64,000 nucleotides of DNA from an uncultured Clostridia bacterium (GCA_964402415.1 CAYOCI010000004.1:20346-84345), one strand, 5' to 3'. Positions 28,931 through 39,341 are shown, counted from the stretch's first letter. Numbers and translations: made by a program. Notes: generated by a model not told the origin, from the letters alone.

Positions 28931-31090
28931 TTGCTTAAGAAGATCTGCGCCGCCATTGTTGCGCTCTCCATGCTCCTGGTGGGCGGTGTTGCGTGGCAGC
29001 GCTACCAGGTGGAGAACAACAGCCGTACGATTGAGATCGCTGTGGATGCCGATGAGGTCTGGGCGATGATCGCGCGTGATGGCGGCGGTCGCGAAGATTA
29101 CTTCGCCGCTCTGGGCGACTTTCGCAAGTCTGGCGCCACTTCGATCGCGGTCTATCAGCTAAACCTGCTCCGCATGGAGGAGCAGGGGATGGTTAGCGTC
29201 TTTGATGCCCGAACTCTGGGCAATTTTACCCGTTTCTGGCCCCAAGGAGAGATCATGACCCTGATCGGTCAGGTTAAGCCTGCCACCACCTATGTGCTTT
29301 TCGACGACCAACCAACTTTCCAACGCGTGCGCGAGACCTTCGCCCGCCAGTTCCAGCAGGTGAGGGTACGGGCACTGGCAGGAACGCAGGTCTCTGTGCT
29401 GGAGATCCCATCGGTCTACTGGAAGGACTACCAGAAGGCCGCGCTATGGTTTGATCAGGAAGAGGTCACCCGTATCGCGGCGATGGGACTGGAGATCCTG
29501 GCCCGCCCAGCCCCTCGCCCCGGGATCACCGCGGCGGAGCTGCGCGAGATGATGCAGCCTCTCATTAGATCCGGCAAGGTCAAGACCGTGGTGCCCACCG
29601 GAGGCGTCCTCCCGGGAATGTTTGATGCCCAGGGAGAGGTTGCCAAAGCAGGGAACCCAAGCTACCAGGAGTTCATCACGCTGCTGAAAGAACAGGGGTG
29701 GACCCTGGGTCTGATCGAGCAGCCCAACCAGCTGGGGCATGTCGGCTACTATGGCGATACAGTCGCGTTAGAGAAAACCGACTATCAAGCGGCTCGTGTC
29801 TATGCCATCCAGCGGGCTGAGCTGGATAAGCCGAACTGGTTGGATCAGGCTGGCATCAGGGATCGTTGGTTCCGGGCAGTGATTGATCGCAATATTCGCG
29901 TCCTGTACATGCGCCTATTCTCCGGCACTGAGGCGCGTCCGCAACAGGTCCTCAAGATCAACCAGGCGATTATCAGTGAGTTCATTCCCCAGCTGCAGAA
30001 CGCCGGCTATGGCCTTGGGCATGCCTCAGTGCTGCCTGCCTTCCATCTGGCTGGCAAGATGCTGCTGCTCCCCATGGGGATTGCGGCAGCGGGTGTCCTC
30101 TTGCTCATTCACTGGCTTAACCCCAAGCCGTTGTGGGGATATGCTCTGCTGGCCCTTGCCCTGGCGGGGGCGGCGGCGATTGGTTGGCTGTCCCGATCGC
30201 CTGGAACGGTGGGAGGTCGCTGGGTGCAGATGCGGCAGCTCCTAGGGCTCGGCGCCCATGTCGTCTTTCCGACGCTGGCCGGCATGGTGCTGCTGGATCG
30301 CTTGGAGAAGCGGAACCCAGGCAAGACCTTGGGACGGGCTCTTCTGCAGGGTGTCCTGCTCATGGTCATGACCTCGTTGGTCAGCCTGTTGGGAGGCATC
30401 ACCCTCGGTACCGTCCTCGCCGATAATACCTTCATGCTCGAGATCAACTACTTCCGTGGAGTCAAGGTGAGCTTCATCCTGCCCATGATCCTGGTCGCAG
30501 TCTATTACTTCACCCACTACGGTCTGGTTTTTGAGCAACGCCCGCCTCGCCGTGGTTTTGACCAGTGGCGTGATGATATCCGCACGCTGCTCAAACAACC
30601 AATTAGTTTCCTGATCCTTGGCGCATTGGCGCTTGCGACCGTGGCTATCTATATCTATATAGGACGCTCAGGGCATACCGCCGGGGTTGGTGTCAGTGAG
30701 CTTGAACTCCGCTTGCGCAACTTCTTGGAACAAACGCTGATCGCCCGCCCACGCAACAAAGAGTTTCTTATTGGTCATCCGGCGATCATGGTGATGCCCC
30801 TCCTGTTGCAGCGTGGCTACCGCTGGTTGGTAGGACCTGCTCTGCTGGCAGCCATGAGCGGCCAGATCTCCATTGTCAACTCCTTTGCTCATATCCGCAC
30901 GCCGATCGTCTACAGTGTGGAGCGCGGCCTGTATGGCCTAGCGTTAGGGATCGTCGTTGGCGCCATCGTAGTGCTGGTTGCCGCAGCGATACTTAGCCTA
31001 TACGAGCACACAATTATGCGGCAGAGCCGCGAACAACAAGGAAACGGATCGCCGCCGAGGGCGTGCGACCGTGAGAAGGAGCCCAGCTGA
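28931..31090 (+). CDS. DUF5693-like polytopic membrane protein (paralog 2)
   Basis: RAVIDRNIR, FRGVKVSFILP, ARPRNKEFLIGHP, SIVNSFAHIRTP; TTG start 8 nt after GGAGG (exact start uncertain). Confidence 0.78.
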   Translation: MLKKICAAIVALSMLLVGGVAWQRYQVENNSRTIEIAVDADEVWAMIARDGGGREDYFAALGDFRKSGATSIAVYQLNLLRMEEQGMVSVFDARTLGNFTRFWPQGEIMTLIGQVKPATTYVLFDDQPTFQRVRETFARQFQQVRVRALAGTQVSVLEIPSVYWKDYQKAALWFDQEEVTRIAAMGLEILARPAPRPGITAAELREMMQPLIRSGKVKTVVPTGGVLPGMFDAQGEVAKAGNPSYQEFITLLKEQGWTLGLIEQPNQLGHVGYYGDTVALEKTDYQAARVYAIQRAELDKPNWLDQAGIRDRWFRAVIDRNIRVLYMRLFSGTEARPQQVLKINQAIISEFIPQLQNAGYGLGHASVLPAFHLAGKMLLLPMGIAAAGVLLLIHWLNPKPLWGYALLALALAGAAAIGWLSRSPGTVGGRWVQMRQLLGLGAHVVFPTLAGMVLLDRLEKRNPGKTLGRALLQGVLLMVMTSLVSLLGGITLGTVLADNTFMLEINYFRGVKVSFILPMILVAVYYFTHYGLVFEQRPPRRGFDQWRDDIRTLLKQPISFLILGALALATVAIYIYIGRSGHTAGVGVSELELRLRNFLEQTLIARPRNKEFLIGHPAIMVMPLLLQRGYRWLVGPALLAAMSGQISIVNSFAHIRTPIVYSVERGLYGLALGIVVGAIVVLVAAAILSLYEHTIMRQSREQQGNGSPPRACDREKEPS

Positions 31091-32232
31091 TGGCTAGGGT
31101 TGTTATCTCGGGTTATTACGGTTTCAACAACGTGGGTGACGAAGCTATCCTGATCGCCATGAAAGAGGCACTGCTGCGTCAGGAGCCCAATCTGGAGATC
31201 ACAGTGCTCTCCGCCAACCCCCAGTTGACCGAAGACCAGTACGGGCTCCGCTCGATCGGCAGGGCCGACCTGTTCCCCATTCTCAAAGCCCTGCGCGAGG
31301 CAGATCTGTTGATCAGCGGTGGTGGCAGCCTGCTGCAGGATGTCACCAGCCACCGCAGTCTGCGTTATTATCTAAGCATCATGACCTTGGCCCGGATGGT
31401 TGGCTGTCCTGTGATGCTCTATGCACAAGGGATCGGCCCGATCCGCAATGGTTATAACCGCTGGCTGACGGGGGTGGTTCTGAACCGCGCCTCGTTGATC
31501 TCGGTCCGAGACGCTGCCTCTGCCGAGGAACTCCGCAGTCTGGGTGTCCTGCGTCCCCCGGTCCATGTCACCGCTGACCCTGTTGTGGCACTGCCACCGG
31601 CCAACCATGAGGTGGGAGCCGAGATCCTGCGGCAGGCGGGGGTTGAACTTGGGGGAGATGCTCCCCTGATAGGCGTTTCCGTGCGTGCCTGGCCTGGCCG
31701 TGAGCGCTTCACCACCGAGGCGGCCGAGGCGTTTGATCGGCTTATTGAGAATGAAGGCGTCCGCTTAGTCTTCATCCCAATGCATTTCCCCGAGGACCTG
31801 GAGATGACCAATAGCCTCCGGCGGGTGATGCGCCACGGGGACCAGACCAAAGTGCTCTGCAATCGCTACCACGCCCAAGAACTGCTCAGCGCTGTGGGAC
31901 ACCTGGACCTGCTGGTCGCGGTTCGGCTTCACGCTCTCATCTTTGCGGCCGTGATGAACGTACCAGGCGTGGCGATCAGCTACGACCCGAAGGTCGATCG
32001 TTTCGCTGACCTGGTCGGTCAGCCAATGGCAGGCAGCATGGAGCAACTCTCCGGAGACGAGCTCTACCGCGGCATGTCGGAGACCTTGCGCAACCGTCTC
32101 GCGATCAAGCAGCAGCTCGCCACCACGGTGGCCGACCTACAGGCCTCCGCCCTGGAGAATGCGCGCTTGGCAGCAGGGCTGCTGCGCGGCAGAAAAGACA
32201 CCAGACACCAGACACCAGAGGGCAGGTGCTAG
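31090..32232 (+). CDS. csaB: Polysaccharide pyruvyl transferase CsaB
   Basis: VVISGYYGFNNVGDEAIL, SGGGSLLQDVTS, YAQGIGP, SVRD, VTADPV, RLHALI, YDPKV. Confidence 0.95.
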   Translation: MARVVISGYYGFNNVGDEAILIAMKEALLRQEPNLEITVLSANPQLTEDQYGLRSIGRADLFPILKALREADLLISGGGSLLQDVTSHRSLRYYLSIMTLARMVGCPVMLYAQGIGPIRNGYNRWLTGVVLNRASLISVRDAASAEELRSLGVLRPPVHVTADPVVALPPANHEVGAEILRQAGVELGGDAPLIGVSVRAWPGRERFTTEAAEAFDRLIENEGVRLVFIPMHFPEDLEMTNSLRRVMRHGDQTKVLCNRYHAQELLSAVGHLDLLVAVRLHALIFAAVMNVPGVAISYDPKVDRFADLVGQPMAGSMEQLSGDELYRGMSETLRNRLAIKQQLATTVADLQASALENARLAAGLLRGRKDTRHQTPEGRC

Positions 32233-32413
32233 AAGAGACACCAGAGGGAAGACACCAGAGATCTGGTGAGACCCTCCGATGTAAGTTATCAGATGGGATT
32301 CTGGGACGCGGGAGTTGTCAGGTACCTGGATGCCGGTCGTTGTGTGGCGTGGCCCCACTTCTTCTGGTGCCCGGTGTCTGCCCTCTGGTGTCTCTCAACG
32401 GACGGTGAGTCAT

Positions 32414-33148
32414 TTGTCCAAACAAGCCAACATACTCGGCTACAAAGTAGATAATGTCACCATGGACGAAGCGCTGCAGCGCGTAGAACAGTACATACAG
32501 AAGAGGCAGCCGCGTCATCTCGTCACCATTAACCCCGAGATCATCATGTCGGCCGCGACCAACGATGAGCTACACAGAGCTCTGAAGAAGGCGGACCTGG
32601 TGGTTCCCGATGGCTCTGGTGTGGTCTGGGCCTCGCGGTATACCGGGCAGCCGCTGCCGGAGAGGGTAGCGGGCTACGACCTGATGCAGCGGATGTTGGC
32701 TCTGGCAGCAGAGAAGCGGTATCGGGTCTTTCTGCTCGGGGCAGCTCCTGGAGTGGCAAAGCAGGTAGCGCTGAGGATCACCGAACTCTATCCAGGCTGC
32801 ACCATCTGTGGGACGCAGGATGGATACTTCAAAGACGAAGAAGAGGCGGCTGTGGTGGCGACCATCGCGCAGTCGGGCGCTGACATGCTTTTCTGCGCTC
32901 TGGGTCCGCCTCGTCCGGCCGAGATTTGGGTCCAACGGCACCTCAGCACTCTCAACATCCCTGTTTCCATGGGGGTAGGGGGGAGCTTCAACGTTATGGC
33001 CGGCATCATCAAACGCGCCCCTGTCTGGATGCAGAAGATCAACCTGGAGTGGCTGCATCGGGCGCTATCTGACCCCAAGCGCATTAAGCGCTTGGCAGTG
33101 CTGCCGAGGTTCGTGATGAAGGTGGTTAGATCTAGAATTAAGAATTAA
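32414..33148 (+). CDS. tagA: WecB/TagA/CpsF family N-acetylmannosaminyltransferase
   Basis: LVTINPE, VPDGSGVVWA, ERVAGYDL, FLLGAAPGVA, GVGGSFNV, NLEWLHR; start codon approximate. Confidence 0.93.
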   Translation: MSKQANILGYKVDNVTMDEALQRVEQYIQKRQPRHLVTINPEIIMSAATNDELHRALKKADLVVPDGSGVVWASRYTGQPLPERVAGYDLMQRMLALAAEKRYRVFLLGAAPGVAKQVALRITELYPGCTICGTQDGYFKDEEEAAVVATIAQSGADMLFCALGPPRPAEIWVQRHLSTLNIPVSMGVGGSFNVMAGIIKRAPVWMQKINLEWLHRALSDPKRIKRLAVLPRFVMKVVRSRIKN

Positions 33149-33286
33149 GAATGAAGAATTAAGAGTTAGGAATTGGGAGTACATAGAATTGAGAACTGCG
33201 ATGATGAGGAACATGACTGCTGCGTGTCCGCAGGGGTCTTCCGGTCATCCTGGTATTCTTAATTCTTCATTCTTAATTCCTAATTC
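33135..33286. repeat. Inverted GAATTAA/TTAATTC heptamer pair without a cargo gene
   Basis: 33135-33167 matches 3161-3193 with one mismatch; right arm 33255-33286 ends just before the transketolase RBS. Confidence 0.9.
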
Positions 33287-33303
33287 GAAACGGAGGTTTC
33301 GTT

Positions 33304-34110
33304 ATGTCTACCGAACTCGCTGGGAAGGCGAAAGAGATTAGGCGCTGGATTCTTAAGTCCATTACCGAGGCGAAATCAGGCCATCCGGGTGGATCGCTCT
33401 CCATCGCGGATATCATGGCATCCCTCTATTTCAAGGTCATGCGGGTGGATCCGCAGAACCCCAGCTGGCCCGATCGCGACCGCTTTGTGCTTTGTAAAGG
33501 TCACGCAGCTCCTGCGCTCTACGCGACCTTGGCGGTGCGCGGCTTCTTCCCCACCGAAGAGATGCTGACTCTGCGTAAGATCGACTCCCGCCTGCAGGGG
33601 CATCCCGACATGAAGAAAGTCCCGGGAGTGGATATGTCCACTGGCAGTTTGGGGCAAGGTCTCTCCACCTGCGTTGGCATGGCTCTCGCTGCCCGCCTTG
33701 ACAAGAAGGACTATAAGGTCTATGGCATTCTCGGCGATGGCGAGGTTCAGGAGGGTCAGGTCTGGGAGGCGGCCATGGCTGCTGGTCACTATCAGTTGAA
33801 CAATCTCATCGTCTTCCTGGACAACAACGGGCTGCAGATCGATGGTCCTGTCCAGAAGGTGCTTTCGCCTCTGCCTTTGGTGGAGAAGTGGCAGGCCTTC
33901 AACTGGAATGTCATCGAGATCGACGGGCACGATCATCAGCAGATCCTCGCTGCTATAGAACAGGCCCAGCAATGCACCGACAAGCCGACCCTGATCAATG
34001 CCAAGACCATCAAGGGCAAAGGGGTCTCCTTCATGGAAAACCGGGCCGAGTGGCATGGCAACGCCCCCAGCCGTGAGCAGCTGGAGCAAGCGCTACAGGA
34101 GCTCCAGTAG
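33304..34110 (+). CDS. Transketolase, N-terminal (TPP-binding) subunit
   Basis: SGHPGGSLS, DRDRFVLCKGHAAPALYA, LQGHP, STGSLGQG, GDGEVQEGQVWEA. Confidence 0.96.
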   Translation: MSTELAGKAKEIRRWILKSITEAKSGHPGGSLSIADIMASLYFKVMRVDPQNPSWPDRDRFVLCKGHAAPALYATLAVRGFFPTEEMLTLRKIDSRLQGHPDMKKVPGVDMSTGSLGQGLSTCVGMALAARLDKKDYKVYGILGDGEVQEGQVWEAAMAAGHYQLNNLIVFLDNNGLQIDGPVQKVLSPLPLVEKWQAFNWNVIEIDGHDHQQILAAIEQAQQCTDKPTLINAKTIKGKGVSFMENRAEWHGNAPSREQLEQALQELQ

Positions 34111-34428
34111 GAGTTCCTGAGTCCCTAGTCTCAAGTCCCTAGTTCCTAGTGGGCGACGGAGAATGTGGGGGTCGCCTGCTGGCGACCCGTGGGAGGGCAG
34201 ACCATCGCAGCATGGCTGCGAGGCTACACCCTCCCCTGCAGACGCCCCTGTTGTTACCCTCGAGACAACGGGATTACAGGTGAGTTGGTTGTAGGGGCGG
34301 GTTTCAAACCCGCCCGTGGAGTGGCGCTTGAGCGCCATGGCTCTCGGCTCTCTCTGGTACCGCCTCGCGGTAGACCACTTATGACTCATGACTTATGACT
34401 CTTGACTCTCCTGAAAGGAGTACTTACT

Positions 34429-35373
34429 ATGACCACGAAGATCGCCACTCGCGATGCCTATGGTGAGGCGTTGGTGGAGCTGGGTAAGACTAACCCCAAT
34501 GTGGTGGTGCTGGACGCCGACCTTTCCAAGTCGACCAAGACAGCCGGTTTTGGCAAGGCGTATCCGGAACGCTTCTTCAATGTCGGTATTGCAGAGGCCA
34601 ATATGATGGGGATCGCGGCCGGACTGGCCGCCAGCGGCAAGACCCCATTTGCCAGCACCTTTGCCATGTTTGCCACCGGACGTCCCTATGAGCAGGTGCG
34701 CAATACCATCGGTTACCCCAAGCTGAACGTCAAGATAGCCGCGACCCATGCAGGGTTGACTGTTGGCGAGGATGGTGCATCCCATCAGGCGATCGAGGAT
34801 ATCGCCTTGATGCGGGTTATCCCTGGGATGACGGTGATCGTGCCTGCTGACGCCGAGGAGACCACGGCGGCGGTGCGGCTGGCTGCCGAATATCGGGGCC
34901 CCGTCTATATCCGCATGGGCCGCTCTGCGGTTCCTGTGATCCACGAGCAGGGCCTCTCCATGGAATGGGGCAAGGCCATGGTCCTGCGTCAGGGCAAGGA
35001 TATCACCGTGGTCGCTACAGGGATCATGGTCTCTGCTGCACTGGAGGCAGCGCAGCAGTTGGCCGGTGACGGGATCGAGGCTGAGGTCATCGACATCCCA
35101 TTCATCAAGCCTTTTGATGCTGCCACCGTTAGCGCATCAGTGAAGAAGACTGGCGCTGTGGTCACCGCCGAGGAACACAGCATCATCGGTGGTCTGGGCG
35201 GCGCCGTCGCCGAAGTCCTGGCCGAGAACGCCCCCGCCCCCATGGAAAGGGTGGGAGTCAAGGATACCTTCGGCGAGTCTGGTACTCCCGATGCTCTGTT
35301 GAGGAAGTACGGATTGACCGCCACCGACATCGTTGCGGCTGCGAAGAAGGTTCTGATGAGGAAACAGGGATGA
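34429..35373 (+). CDS. Transketolase, C-terminal subunit
   Basis: ATRDAYG, LDADLSKST, VGIAEANM, GEDGASHQAIED, EEHSIIGGLG. Confidence 0.96.
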   Translation: MTTKIATRDAYGEALVELGKTNPNVVVLDADLSKSTKTAGFGKAYPERFFNVGIAEANMMGIAAGLAASGKTPFASTFAMFATGRPYEQVRNTIGYPKLNVKIAATHAGLTVGEDGASHQAIEDIALMRVIPGMTVIVPADAEETTAAVRLAAEYRGPVYIRMGRSAVPVIHEQGLSMEWGKAMVLRQGKDITVVATGIMVSAALEAAQQLAGDGIEAEVIDIPFIKPFDAATVSASVKKTGAVVTAEEHSIIGGLGGAVAEVLAENAPAPMERVGVKDTFGESGTPDALLRKYGLTATDIVAAAKKVLMRKQG

Positions 35374-35380
35374 AACGAGA

Positions 35381-35412
35381 ACGGAGTTGGCACCGGTTGG
35401 TGCCAACTCCGC
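35381..35412. terminator. Hairpin between convergent transketolase and rnj
   Basis: cggagttggcacc-ggtt-ggtgccaactccg. Confidence 0.7.
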
Positions 35413-35467
35413 TTATTTGTCTTGCTGAGGCCCGCTAGGGCACGAGGGAGCTTGATCATAATGGAGA

Positions 35468-37135
35468 TCAGATCTCCATTATGATCGGTAAAATCATCGG
35501 CTGACGTTGGGTCTTTTCATAGAGGAAGGTGCTCAGGGCATCGCGGACGCTGGATTTGAGCAGTGTCCACTCTGTGTTCCCTTCGCTGAGCTGTTCGTTG
35601 AGGACGCCCGCCACGATCTTGCAGGCATCGTCGATCAGTGCCTCAGACTCGCGCACATAGACAAAGCCGCGGGTGATGATATCGGGGCCGGCGACGATGC
35701 TGCGGCCCTCTTTGTCGATGGTGACTACGACCGTCAGGACACCATCTTGGGCGAGTTGCTTGCGGTCACGCAGCACCACATTGCCCACATCGCCGATACC
35801 CAGACCATCGACGAAAACCATCCCTGCCTGAACCTTGCCCACCTTCTTAAGCTCCTCACCCACCTCGATGACATCGCCGATATCCATGATGATCGAGTTC
35901 TCGCGGGGTATCCCCACTTGCTCACCCAGCTTCGCCAGGGATGCCTGATGGCGGTACTCACCATGGAAGGGGAGAAGGAACTTCGGTTTGACCAAGTTGA
36001 GCACCAGCTTGAGCTCTTCTTGGCTGGCATGACCGGAGACGTGCACATCCGCCATCCCCTGATGGATGACCTTGGCTCCACAGCGGTAGAGCCCGTTGAT
36101 CACTCGATTGACCAGCTTCTCATTGCCAGGGATTGGCGTCGACGACATAATCACCACATCACCGTAACCGATGTTGATCTTATGGTGGCTTTGCATCGCC
36201 ATGCGTGTCAGCCCAGACAGCGGCTCACCCTGACTGCCGGTGGAGATGACCACTAACTCATTATCAGGGATCTTGCTGATCTCATCAATATCCACGTATG
36301 TCTTCTCGGGAAAGCTCAAGTAGCCGAGCTTCGAGGCCACGGCGATATTGTTGACCATGCTGCGCCCCACCACGGTGACGCGCCGCTTGTGCTTGACCGC
36401 CATATCAAAGACCTGCTGGACGCGGTGAATATTGGAGGCAAAACTGGCGATGATGATCCGGTTTTGATGGTGGGTGCGGAAGATCTCGTCGAAGGTCCGT
36501 CCGACAAGACGCTCGGACTTGGTGTAGCCTTCGCGCTCGGCATTGGTAGAGTCAATGAAGAGGGCCAGCACCCCGCGACGACCGTAGTCGGCTAGACGCT
36601 GAAGATCGGTAACCGGCCCAGAGACGGGTGTCTGATCGAGCTTAAAGTCACCGGTATGCACCACCACGCCTGCTGGAGTGGTGATCGCCATGCAGAAGCT
36701 GTCGGGGATGCTGTGGTTGCTATGGATGAACTCGACCGTGAAGTTGTTGCCCAGCTTCACCGACTGCCCAGCGGTAACCACATTCAGTTGGGCGCTGATA
36801 TTGTGCTCTTTGAGCTTCCCTTCGAGTAGACCCAGGGTCAAGCGACTGCCATAGATGGGGAGCTGGATCTGCTGCAGGACGTAGGGAAGCCCGCCGATAT
36901 GGTCCTCATGTCCATGGGTCAGCACGATCCCACGCACCTTGTCTTTGTGCTCCAGCAGGTAAGAGATATTGGGAATGACAAAATCGATCCCCAGCATCTC
37001 CTCTTCCGGGAACTTTAGCCCGGCGTCGACCACGATCATCTCGTTGCCGTAGCGGAGCACCATCATGTTCTTGCCGATCTCACCCACCCCGCCCAGCGGG
37101 ATGATCTGGAGACGGTCTTCTTTTCTTGTTGCCAT
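35468..37135 (-). CDS. rnj: Ribonuclease J
   Basis: IIPLGGVGEIGKNM, LTHGHEDHIGG, HTGDFK, HVSGHA, RQPMILPIIMEI; GGAGG RBS. Confidence 0.97.
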   Translation of the reverse strand: MATRKEDRLQIIPLGGVGEIGKNMMVLRYGNEMIVVDAGLKFPEEEMLGIDFVIPNISYLLEHKDKVRGIVLTHGHEDHIGGLPYVLQQIQLPIYGSRLTLGLLEGKLKEHNISAQLNVVTAGQSVKLGNNFTVEFIHSNHSIPDSFCMAITTPAGVVVHTGDFKLDQTPVSGPVTDLQRLADYGRRGVLALFIDSTNAEREGYTKSERLVGRTFDEIFRTHHQNRIIIASFASNIHRVQQVFDMAVKHKRRVTVVGRSMVNNIAVASKLGYLSFPEKTYVDIDEISKIPDNELVVISTGSQGEPLSGLTRMAMQSHHKINIGYGDVVIMSSTPIPGNEKLVNRVINGLYRCGAKVIHQGMADVHVSGHASQEELKLVLNLVKPKFLLPFHGEYRHQASLAKLGEQVGIPRENSIIMDIGDVIEVGEELKKVGKVQAGMVFVDGLGIGDVGNVVLRDRKQLAQDGVLTVVVTIDKEGRSIVAGPDIITRGFVYVRESEALIDDACKIVAGVLNEQLSEGNTEWTLLKSSVRDALSTFLYEKTQRQPMILPIIMEI

Positions 37136-37650
37136 AGGATATAACCTCCGTGTTGTCAAAGCCCGCCGCCCGCTGCCCGCCGCCCACGGTTAGGGTCGAC
37201 GACGGACTACGTGCCGTATCGGACTGAATTCGCTCTACTGCCGTCTGGTAAGTCAGGGTGACGCGGTACCTACGATCCTTCCCACTGAGGGCCGTGAGCC
37301 GCGGGCTGCGGGCAGTCTTGTATCAGTTTACCACAATAGTGACTCAAACTCTAATTTCTTCCATGGTTTATCTTAACCACAAATCTCGGCAGGAATCATC
37401 TTTTTGCTGTCGAACACGTAGAGATGAATCGGATTATGTCACTTTGTTTCCTCTTTTGCAACCTGTCACGTCGATTGGTGGAACCTCTGGTTCCGGTGTC
37501 ACGTCCTATTGGTGTTGCGGGTTTCGTGCTGCAGTCTGTTCTCAGCTTGACGATGATTGCGATTATGGGACCACCAGCCAACCCGCCAGACGAGGAGATA
37601 CGTTATCTCTTCTGTGGGCTGTGGGCTGTGGACTCCATGGAGGTTATTTC

Positions 37651-38337
37651 ATGATTGAACTCGCTGGCGTCAGCAAGGTTTATTCGAACAAAGTCGCGGC
37701 CCTGCAAGGGGCTTCGTTTCGTATTGAAAAGGGTGAGTTCGCCTTCTTAGTCGGCCCCAGTGGGGCGGGCAAGTCGACCATTCTCAAGCTAATCACCTGT
37801 GAAGAGCGACCTACCTCGGGACAACTCGTCATCGTCGGTAAGCTGATCAGCAAACTGAAGAGCTGGGAGATCCCATATCTGCGTCGACAGATGGGGGTTG
37901 TCTTTCAGGACTTCCGCCTGCTGCCCAACAAGACGGTCTACGAGAACGTCGCCTTCGCCATGCAGGTGGTCGAGGCTCACCCGCGCGAGCTGAAGCAGCG
38001 GGTGCCCGAGGTGCTGGAACTGGTCGGCTTGAGCCACAAGTACCGCGCCTATCCGCATCAGCTCTCTGGTGGTGAACAACAGCGTATCTCGTTGGCACGG
38101 GCACTGGTGAATGAGCCGCAAGTGCTGATCTGTGACGAGCCAACAGGCAACCTTGATCCGGATACTTCTTGGGATATTGTCAACCTGATCTTAGGGGTTA
38201 ATCAGTGCGGGACAACCGTTCTAATGGCGACCCATGCCAAGAATATCGTCGACCAGATGCGCAAACGCGTTATTGCCGTGGAGCGGGGGCGTGTGGTTCG
38301 CGACGAACAAAGAGGGGTATATGGGTATGCGCATTAG
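37651..38337 (+). CDS. ftsE: Cell division ATP-binding protein FtsE
   Basis: GPSGAGKST, VFQDFRLL, LSGGEQQR, CDEPTGNLDP, MATH. Confidence 0.96.
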   Translation: MIELAGVSKVYSNKVAALQGASFRIEKGEFAFLVGPSGAGKSTILKLITCEERPTSGQLVIVGKLISKLKSWEIPYLRRQMGVVFQDFRLLPNKTVYENVAFAMQVVEAHPRELKQRVPEVLELVGLSHKYRAYPHQLSGGEQQRISLARALVNEPQVLICDEPTGNLDPDTSWDIVNLILGVNQCGTTVLMATHAKNIVDQMRKRVIAVERGRVVRDEQRGVYGYAH

Positions 38338-39214
38338 AACATGGGGCTATTTCATTAAGGAGTCTTTAGCCAGCCTGGTTCGCAATGCCTGGATGACCAT
38401 CGCCTCAGTGGGCACCGTTACCGTTGCTCTACTGATCTTGGGCACCTTCCTGCTCCTAGCGGTGAACCTTGATCACATGGCCTCTACAGTGGAGTCACAA
38501 GTCGAGATCACCGCCTATCTAGAAGACGGGATGCAGGACGCCGAAATAAAGGACTTGAGCAAGAAAATCAGCGCCATTGGCGGCATTGAGCAGGTCAAGT
38601 TTGTCTCCAAAGAAGAGGCACTGACACGCTTGGCCGACCGGCTGGGTGAAAACAAATCGTTGCTCGAAGGCTACGAGAGCGACAACCCACTCCGTCACTC
38701 CTACGAGATCCGCACGAAAGATGCGGATGACGTGGTACGTGTCGCCGAGGCGGTGGCGCAAACCAAGGGGATCGCCGAGGTCAAATACGGTCGTGAGATC
38801 GTTGAGAAGCTACTACAGTTCACCAAGATGGTGCGCGTTGTTGGTTTGGTGCTGATGGTCGGATTGGCAGTGGCAGCCCTGTTTATTATCGCCAATACCA
38901 TTCGCCTAACCGTCTATGCTCGCCGGCGTGAGATCGGAATTATGAAGTTCGTCGGTGCAACCGATTGGTTTATCCGTTGGCCATTCGTGGTTGAGGGGCT
39001 CTTCTTGGGTCTCCTCGGTTCAGGGCTGGCGTCACTCGCCCTGGTCTATCTCTATCGCGCCGTGCTGCGCAGTGTCGAGCTCAACCTGCCTATCTTGCCG
39101 GTTGTCGGTGCGACACCGCTCCTAAGTAACTTGGTCAAGCTCATGTTGACCACCGGTGGCCTGATCGGTATGATCGGCAGCACGATCTCGCTGAGGAAGT
39201 TTTTGAAGGTGTAA
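38321..39214 (+). CDS. ftsX: Cell division permease-like protein FtsX
   Basis: RNAWMTIAS, FVSKEEAL, NTIRLTVYARRREIGIMKFVGATDWFIRWPF. Confidence 0.96.
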   Translation: MGMRIRTWGYFIKESLASLVRNAWMTIASVGTVTVALLILGTFLLLAVNLDHMASTVESQVEITAYLEDGMQDAEIKDLSKKISAIGGIEQVKFVSKEEALTRLADRLGENKSLLEGYESDNPLRHSYEIRTKDADDVVRVAEAVAQTKGIAEVKYGREIVEKLLQFTKMVRVVGLVLMVGLAVAALFIIANTIRLTVYARRREIGIMKFVGATDWFIRWPFVVEGLFLGLLGSGLASLALVYLYRAVLRSVELNLPILPVVGATPLLSNLVKLMLTTGGLIGMIGSTISLRKFLKV

Positions 39215-39341
39215 AACGAGCCCGAGGGCATCAGGCGTCAGGCCGAAGGGAACGTCTGGGGACTGACGATCTCCCGTGGTTCTAGCCCCTGATGGCTGAT
39301 GGCTGATGCCGTCGGGCTGATAGATAGGAGGACAAGCTACC

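Noticed and set aside
33304-35373. Split transketolase as a pseudogene
   Set aside because: Two-subunit transketolases are common in Firmicutes; both halves are intact with their own RBS.
35507-36256. Long antisense or alternative-frame ORFs overlapping core genes (also 23386-24138, 44107-44847, 46928-47737)
   Set aside because: Shadow ORFs expected from GC-rich codon bias opposite well-supported genes.
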